A DNA stretch of 64,000 nucleotides from positions 192,001-256,000 of the forward strand of contig CAWHAA010000005.1 in NCBI GenBank assembly GCA_963827275.1, read 5' to 3'. Below the pieces are notes generated by a model. That model had not been told where the DNA came from. It saw only the letters and a program-made list of their open reading frames with translations, and made no database searches. Below are positions 58,450 to 64,000 of the stretch, in pieces; the stretch's first letter is position 1; each line of letters begins with the position of its first letter. The stretch comes from an uncultured Spirochaetota bacterium (lineage in GTDB: Bacteria > Spirochaetota > UBA4802 > UBA5550). The translations under genes and the position numbers were made by a program.

Positions 58450-59925
58450 TCAAATGAAGCGCTGCTGCTTCGCATACATGCCCTCGAGTCTTCTGCAGAA
58501 TGCCTCGTATTCTTCACGGCTGGTTATGCCGAATTTCCCCAGCACATCGGATTCCAGGAACAGCAGGTCGGCGTGGCGCGCATCCCTGTTGCACATGTGG
58601 TTGGCAAGATACACTGTCATGACAAGGTCGCGGTTTTTAATCCCCGGGTCAAGCGGCGAGTGGTGGTGCCGGATCGCATCGACCAGTTCCTCGGGGAAGT
58701 TCCATTTTTCAGCGATGAGCCCGCCGATGGTGGCATGGCTTATGCCGATAGAGAGCTCTTCGAGGATCGCCGTGGTCCTGATGCGGCGGTTCTTGACCAG
58801 GTCGGATATCTGGTCAAGCAGCCGCGCGTCCAGGGACAGGAGCACGATCTTCCCGATATCATGCAGGAGCCCGGCGATGAATGCGCTCTCCGCGATCCGC
58901 GTCTCTCCCGTCTCCAGCGCGATGCACCGGGCGAAGTAGGCGGTCCTGCTGCAGTGATCCCATATCTGCTCGAACCTGGCGTACCTTGATTCGAGGATCT
59001 TGCGTGACGCCGCTGCGGCAAGGATCAGGTCAAGGTTCTTCATGCCGATGATGATGACGGCATCGTTGATTTTCCTGATCCTCTTACCGGTAATGAAGCC
59101 CGCCGAGTTTGAAAGCTTCAGGACATCGGCGGTCACCGACGGGTCCATGCCTATCTTCTCGGCTATTATCTCAATGGTCGATTCCGGGTCGTTGCAAACC
59201 GAGCGGAGGGCCACGATGTTTTCAGGGAACGTCGGCAGCGACACGACCTCTTCCAGTATGCGCTTTTTTACGAGGGTGGTGATCTCCCCGCCCTTCAGCA
59301 CGCCGGGGATGAAGAGGGAAACCCTGACCGTATCCCCTTCCGGCAGGATCTCGAACATGCCCGCCGAGAGCCCGGAGTTCTTGAGAAGCATCATCGACAG
59401 GATGATGCCGAGTCCCGCTCCCTCCGTCGCATCGTACATGTTTTCATAGGCCTCGGTGAAATTGATGCAATCCAGGGCCTTGTGCATCCGGTTTGTCAAT
59501 CGCTTGAGCTCGCCGGGCACGATCCGGGCATTGTTGATTATATCGATGCCGAACCCATCGGCGCGCCGCTTCATCTTGATGACAACCCGGTACGGGCTTG
59601 CCAGGAGATTGTCCCTGAGGAACTCGGGGTGGTACGCCACGTTTCTGAACTTCGACATGCCGGCGCGGTAATCGGCCTCATTGTCGATGTCGAGCCCCAT
59701 CTTCTTGAACCACACCCGCTTCATGTTGGCTTTCATGGCGTTCTGGAGAAGCTCCCGGAACACGGGCTCGAGAATATCATACATGTATCCCATGTCGAAG
59801 CGGGACAGTATCTTGACAAGAAGCGAATTAATATCAAGCTCGATATCCCTCGTGAGATACTGAAAACTGAGATATATCTCCTGTCCGTTATCGAACTGTT
59901 TTGCGAGATCTGATGAATCAAACAT
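58450..59925 (-). CDS. HATPase-like plus HDOD domain protein (paralogue of 22100-23608)
   Basis: ELLQNAMKAN, EGAGLG, LPTFPE, DPSVTADVLKLSNSA, GLLHDIGK, HATIGG..KWNFP..IRHHH. Confidence 0.87.
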   Translation of the reverse strand: MFDSSDLAKQFDNGQEIYLSFQYLTRDIELDINSLLVKILSRFDMGYMYDILEPVFRELLQNAMKANMKRVWFKKMGLDIDNEADYRAGMSKFRNVAYHPEFLRDNLLASPYRVVIKMKRRADGFGIDIINNARIVPGELKRLTNRMHKALDCINFTEAYENMYDATEGAGLGIILSMMLLKNSGLSAGMFEILPEGDTVRVSLFIPGVLKGGEITTLVKKRILEEVVSLPTFPENIVALRSVCNDPESTIEIIAEKIGMDPSVTADVLKLSNSAGFITGKRIRKINDAVIIIGMKNLDLILAAAASRKILESRYARFEQIWDHCSRTAYFARCIALETGETRIAESAFIAGLLHDIGKIVLLSLDARLLDQISDLVKNRRIRTTAILEELSIGISHATIGGLIAEKWNFPEELVDAIRHHHSPLDPGIKNRDLVMTVYLANHMCNRDARHADLLFLESDVLGKFGITSREEYEAFCRRLEGMYAKQQRFI

Positions 59926-59997
59926 CCTGTCACACACCCAGATTGGCAGGGACCGCGGTGCCGCAATCGCCTTTTCACCAGTTTAATCGGCGTTTCA

Positions 59998-62094
59998 TTA
60001 ATGTAAAGTTAAATATCTGGTGTGGTTATTTTTCATTTCCCGTAGCGGGGCGCGCTCCCGGGCGGCTCCCCGCGCATACAGGCGGCAGGCCCCGTCCCCC
60101 GGGCACGACGGGCCGCAGTCATGAATGACAAGATCGGCGCCGTCCCGTTCAAGGGTGTCGAAGAAGCGCCGTATGAAGCCGCGCAGCCTGAAGCTGCCGG
60201 ACAGGTAGCACCGGCTGACCGGCAGCCGCCGCAAAAGATATGTACAGCAGGACACGTCTTGATAATCGGCATGGGGAAGATACAGGACGATTTCCCGGCA
60301 CGACGCGGAAGCGATCTCCTTCGCGAGTCGCTCCCGGTGGCGCTTCTCCGGGTACCGGCCTATGACCGAGAGGGTGGTGCCGCGTTTCACCAGGAGGACC
60401 GAGCCGCGGCTGTGCCGTACCTCCGTAACCGTGTCCCGGCCGGCCGCTCCCGGCCCTCCAAGGGAGAGCCAGGCCGCCAGGACCGCCGCCGGGATGGAGA
60501 GCCACGCTATCCGCTTCCGCCGCGGCGGCAGGACCAGCGGCGCCGCGAGCAGCACAAGGGCCGCCGCCAGTTGCGGAGGCGGGGCGGCGACGTAAAAATG
60601 TCCGCCCGCCGCCGACAGGGACCGCACGATGCCGTCGGCCAGAGAATAGATCACATCGGTGAATCCGCCGGCGTACGCCGCGGCGGCCGGTACGAACGAC
60701 ACGGCATGCGCGGCCAGCGACACGAGCAGGAGGAGCGACATGAGCGGCACCACGATGATGTTGGAGGCCAGGCCCGAGAGATTAAGCTCGTTCACACGCA
60801 AGAGGATCACCGGAAGCACCAGCAGCTGCGCCGAGAGCGTCAGCGCGATGGAGTTGGCGATAACCGCAGGCAGGCGCGGCAGTATTTTACGGTACCTGCC
60901 ATGGAAGAGGAGTATCCCCAGCGTGGCGCCGTAGCTGAGCTGGAACCCGAGCCCGAAGATCTCGGCCGGGAACAGCACCAGGATGGCGGCCGCGGAGAGG
61001 AAGAGCGCGTTGAAGACGTTCTGCTCCCGGTTTGCCAGGCGCTGCGCGGCATATATGCAGAACATGACGCACGATCGGAGCAGGCATACCGGCATGTCGG
61101 TGATCCAGAGATAGGCGAGGACCGCCAGGGACGCCGCCACCGCGATGACCTTGCGGTTCACCCTGACAAGGCCGAGCAGGAAGATCGGGACCGCCGCCAC
61201 CACAGCCACATGCAACCCGCCGGCGGAGAGAATGTGGAACACTCCCGCGCGCTTGAAATCGTTCATCGTCAGCTTGTCGATATAGTCCTGGTTCCCGAAA
61301 TAAAGCGCCTTGACCATCGCCGCGGTCTTCCGGTTGAACAGGGAATCGCAGTTCGCCGCAAGTCGCTCCCGCGTCTTTTCCCTGAACGATGCCGCGTCGC
61401 CAACGACCGCGACAGCGCGCGCCTCAAGATAAAAATCATACCGAACGCCCGCCATCAGGTCCGACATGGCCGCGTATGGCCGCGGGGCATCCCGCGCGTT
61501 CAGCGCGACCGGGGCCCCGGAAAACCGTATCGTGTCGCCGGCGCCGAAGCTCCCGCCGGGGACCCGCACGATACCGCCGCGCCACGCCTCCCTTCCGCGC
61601 GGCCCTTCGCCAGGCGCTCCTTCGCAGCGGAACCTGACAATGGCCTCACGGCAGTAGCGCCCGTCAACCACGCTCTCGACCTGCGCGGTCCACGTCCCCT
61701 TTCCGAGGGCCGGAATGCGCTCCGTCAGCACGCCGTAAACACGCCCGCCGGCGTAAAGCGCGCAGGAAAGCGCCACGAGGAGAAGCACGGCAAGACGAGG
61801 CGCGCGCCCCGAACGCCGCGGATGGCGGGGACCGGGCCCCATCCTGAGCGAAACCCGGTACACGAGGGGGAGCGAAAGGAACGCGAGCATGAGCGCGCCC
61901 GCGCCCCAGGCGCCCGCCGGTCCACCGATGGCGAGCGCGCATGCGACAAGAATTGATGCGCCGACTGAAAGGAAGATGAACAGCGACGGAACGAAAATTT
62001 TTTGCGCAGCGGGATTTTTCAGGCACCGGGAGACGTGTCGTTCAAGGCAGGCACTCCAGGCGTGAAACGGTATCTGTAAGCGGGATAAAATCAA
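59998..62094 (-). CDS. comEC: ComEC/Rec2 competence protein (degenerate C-terminal beta-lactamase-like region); start uncertain
   Basis: FKRAGVFHILSAGGLHV, LRS, GFQLSY, SNIIVVP. Confidence 0.88.
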   Translation of the reverse strand: MILSRLQIPFHAWSACLERHVSRCLKNPAAQKIFVPSLFIFLSVGASILVACALAIGGPAGAWGAGALMLAFLSLPLVYRVSLRMGPGPRHPRRSGRAPRLAVLLLVALSCALYAGGRVYGVLTERIPALGKGTWTAQVESVVDGRYCREAIVRFRCEGAPGEGPRGREAWRGGIVRVPGGSFGAGDTIRFSGAPVALNARDAPRPYAAMSDLMAGVRYDFYLEARAVAVVGDAASFREKTRERLAANCDSLFNRKTAAMVKALYFGNQDYIDKLTMNDFKRAGVFHILSAGGLHVAVVAAVPIFLLGLVRVNRKVIAVAASLAVLAYLWITDMPVCLLRSCVMFCIYAAQRLANREQNVFNALFLSAAAILVLFPAEIFGLGFQLSYGATLGILLFHGRYRKILPRLPAVIANSIALTLSAQLLVLPVILLRVNELNLSGLASNIIVVPLMSLLLLVSLAAHAVSFVPAAAAYAGGFTDVIYSLADGIVRSLSAAGGHFYVAAPPPQLAAALVLLAAPLVLPPRRKRIAWLSIPAAVLAAWLSLGGPGAAGRDTVTEVRHSRGSVLLVKRGTTLSVIGRYPEKRHRERLAKEIASASCREIVLYLPHADYQDVSCCTYLLRRLPVSRCYLSGSFRLRGFIRRFFDTLERDGADLVIHDCGPSCPGDGACRLYARGAARERAPLREMKNNHTRYLTLH

Positions 62095-62125
62095 GGCAGC
62101 CCCCGTGAAGTATAATCGGGGCCCC

Positions 62126-62695
62126 TTAAATTCTCCCTACTTTGAAGATAAATCCAAGGTCGACCCCGTACGACATCTTTTCCCCACTATCTCCCTTGCC
62201 GTACCAGCCGTACATGAACGAGCCCTCTATGAACAATTTCGTGTCGAATGTCGTATTGAACAGGAACGCGAGCGGGACTCTGAGCCCCGCGCCCCCGTTG
62301 AACATTTTGTTTGCCGGGGGCGTTTCAATATATATCCCGATGCCCGGCGCCAGTATGGCCACGGAACCGAGCGGGATCCCGACCCTGCCGGTTATCGTAC
62401 AGTACAGATGGTGCAGCTCGCCCTCGGCGTTAAAGTTATTGTACCGGTAACAGAGGGCGACATCGCCTATCAGCCATTTTGACACCACCCAGAAGGAAAA
62501 GCCGCTGTCCACTGAATAACCGGAAAGAGTCTGTTCCCGGTACAGCCCCTTCCAGTCGGCATACACGATCCTGTTCATGCCGGCACCGACAACGGGGCCG
62601 ATGAAGGTGTAGACCGGGTCCCGCTCTGCGGCAACCGCTCCCAGGGGGGCGCCGCAGATTACCGCGGCCAGCACAATGTTCTTCCAGGTTGACAA
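62126..62695 (-). CDS. Putative small outer-membrane beta-barrel protein
   Basis: Signal peptide; alternating aromatic/Gly beta strands; ends YGVDLGFIFKVGRI. Confidence 0.6.
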   Translation of the reverse strand: MSTWKNIVLAAVICGAPLGAVAAERDPVYTFIGPVVGAGMNRIVYADWKGLYREQTLSGYSVDSGFSFWVVSKWLIGDVALCYRYNNFNAEGELHHLYCTITGRVGIPLGSVAILAPGIGIYIETPPANKMFNGGAGLRVPLAFLFNTTFDTKLFIEGSFMYGWYGKGDSGEKMSYGVDLGFIFKVGRI

Positions 62696-62701
62696 TTTGT
62701 A

Positions 62702-63310
62702 TTATCGCACATTCAAAGGAGTATCGACCATCTTCACGCCCTTCGGGACCCTGAAGTTAAAAAGCTTGGGGCTCACCGCCGCATCGGTGGTCGCCTCTGA
62801 TATCGAGAAACTCATGACCTTTCCGTCGTCCCGCTTGAGGATCGCGCCCTTCAGTAAAAAGCTCCGATCGACGCTCAGGATGATTTCACGATACATCTTC
62901 GTATCGTCCTTGAGCTTGATGGCATACCCCGCGTCCCCCTCGGAGGCTATTCCGTCGTACCCGGCCACAAGCCCGACGATACCGCCTGACGTTGTCCCCT
63001 TCTCCAGCTGGTGCGTCCCGCACGTCCCGGTGCCCGGGGTGTAGACCCAGAGGGTCCTCCCGTTTGACACCAGCACCTTCTCCATCGGGCTGGTAAATTT
63101 TACATATATCTTGTCCGGTCCCAGGTACTTGAAGCTCCCGGAAAAGGACTGCCCGTCGAACGAAGTCCAGGAGATGACGCCGGTCAGCTTTTCCAGCCGG
63201 TACATACGGATGCGGAATTTCTCCACCGCCTCCTCGCCGGTAAGAGAAAAAAGGGCCGTGCCGCAAAGCAGCGTAAAAGCAAAAACAATAAATATTCTGA
63301 GACGTCTCAT
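62702..63310 (-). CDS. LolA-family outer-membrane lipoprotein carrier
   Basis: Signal peptide; VLVSNGRTLWVYTP, C-terminal LFNFRVPKGV. Confidence 0.85.
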   Translation of the reverse strand: MRRLRIFIVFAFTLLCGTALFSLTGEEAVEKFRIRMYRLEKLTGVISWTSFDGQSFSGSFKYLGPDKIYVKFTSPMEKVLVSNGRTLWVYTPGTGTCGTHQLEKGTTSGGIVGLVAGYDGIASEGDAGYAIKLKDDTKMYREIILSVDRSFLLKGAILKRDDGKVMSFSISEATTDAAVSPKLFNFRVPKGVKMVDTPLNVR

Positions 63311-63540
63311 CAGCGTGTCCTTTGCCTGGTATAACGAACGGAATTATTAAACCATAAAATATTTTTCTTTTGATATTAAAAATACACGCTATCCGCTGGA
63401 TTGATATATTTCAACCAATTTTTAAGCCTCCCGGATACGGGAAACGGCGCGGCATCGTTCACCCGGGAGGTGTCAGAGTAAAAATATTGTACTTGAAATT
63501 ATCGCCCATCGGGCATGTATAGAATGCAGGAGGCCCACCC

Positions 63541-64000
63541 ATGCCGAAAAAGCGGATCAGGCTCGGAAATTACCTGGTTATCATCCTCATTGCCGGGGCC
63601 GGCGCAGTTTCCTATTTCCACAGCCAGGAAGTTTACACCTGGTACATGAGGACCTACTACGAAAAAATACGCGGCATGAGCCTCGACATGCAGATACGGA
63701 AGGCCGAAGACATGTACCGGGCGGGCGAGTACGAAACGCTCCTGAAGTCCCTGAAGCCCCTTGCCATGACCTATCCGGAAAACCCGGAGCTGAAAAAACT
63801 CGAGGGACTCTGCCTTATCAGGCTGGGCAGGCCGAGAGAGGGGGCCGACATGATCCTTACCGCAACCGGCGGCGGGCGCCTGACGGGACAGGTCCTGGGG
63901 GAGACAACGGGGGCCCTGTTCGAAAAAAAGATGTACCGCGATATTACGAACCTTTTCAGCAAGAACTCGCCGGGCGATAATCCCCGCCTGCTCTACATGC
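63541..64000 (+). CDS. Membrane-anchored TPR-like protein (runs off the window)
   Basis: Not in the ORF track. GGAGG RBS, then open to the window end: MPKKRIRLGNYLVIILIAGAGAVSYF...AEDMYRAGEYE...YPENPELKKLEGLCLIRLG. Confidence 0.7.
   Translation, partial: MPKKRIRLGNYLVIILIAGAGAVSYFHSQEVYTWYMRTYYEKIRGMSLDMQIRKAEDMYRAGEYETLLKSLKPLAMTYPENPELKKLEGLCLIRLGRPREGADMILTATGGGRLTGQVLGETTGALFEKKMYRDITNLFSKNSPGDNPRLLYM

Noticed and set aside
63311..63540. ncRNA in the lolA / TPR divergent spacer (CCTCCCGG...CCGGGAGG inverted repeat)
   Set aside because: A single hairpin with no recognisable RNA-family motif.

Overview
A GC-rich bacterial chromosomal window, mostly housekeeping genes with no phage, transposase, CRISPR, rRNA or tRNA that I can support. 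Several proteins point to a Spirochaetota host (inference): a CheY with the spirochaete-type N-terminal extension, HATPase-HDOD proteins and many STAS proteins. Recognisable genes include folE, queC, ComF, two polyprenyl synthetases, bactofilin, AmmeMemoRadiSam radical SAM, hisF, glyQ, DHH phosphoesterase, hrpB, acyl-CoA ligase, SpoIIE phosphatase, ABC-F, YgiQ, a stand-alone fusA, a DtxR/MntR regulator, DUF115/Maf, ComEC and LolA. At least six genes are broken by single-base frameshifts, most likely long-read assembly errors. The most notable observations are: (1) a complete four-gene QrcABCD-type respiratory complex in what looks like a spirochaete; (2) a near-palindromic motif ACCGATAACTATC(GG) in six co-oriented copies, inside and between genes, one of them boxed by GGGGTCAG/CTGACCCC inverted repeats; (3) a rubrerythrin carrying a lipoprotein signal; (4) an aspartate-less CheY; (5) candidate sigma28 promoters in front of uncharacterised exported proteins; (6) an LTA-synthase-like gene split by a single in-frame TGA. 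All family assignments come from recognising motifs by eye; no database search was run.
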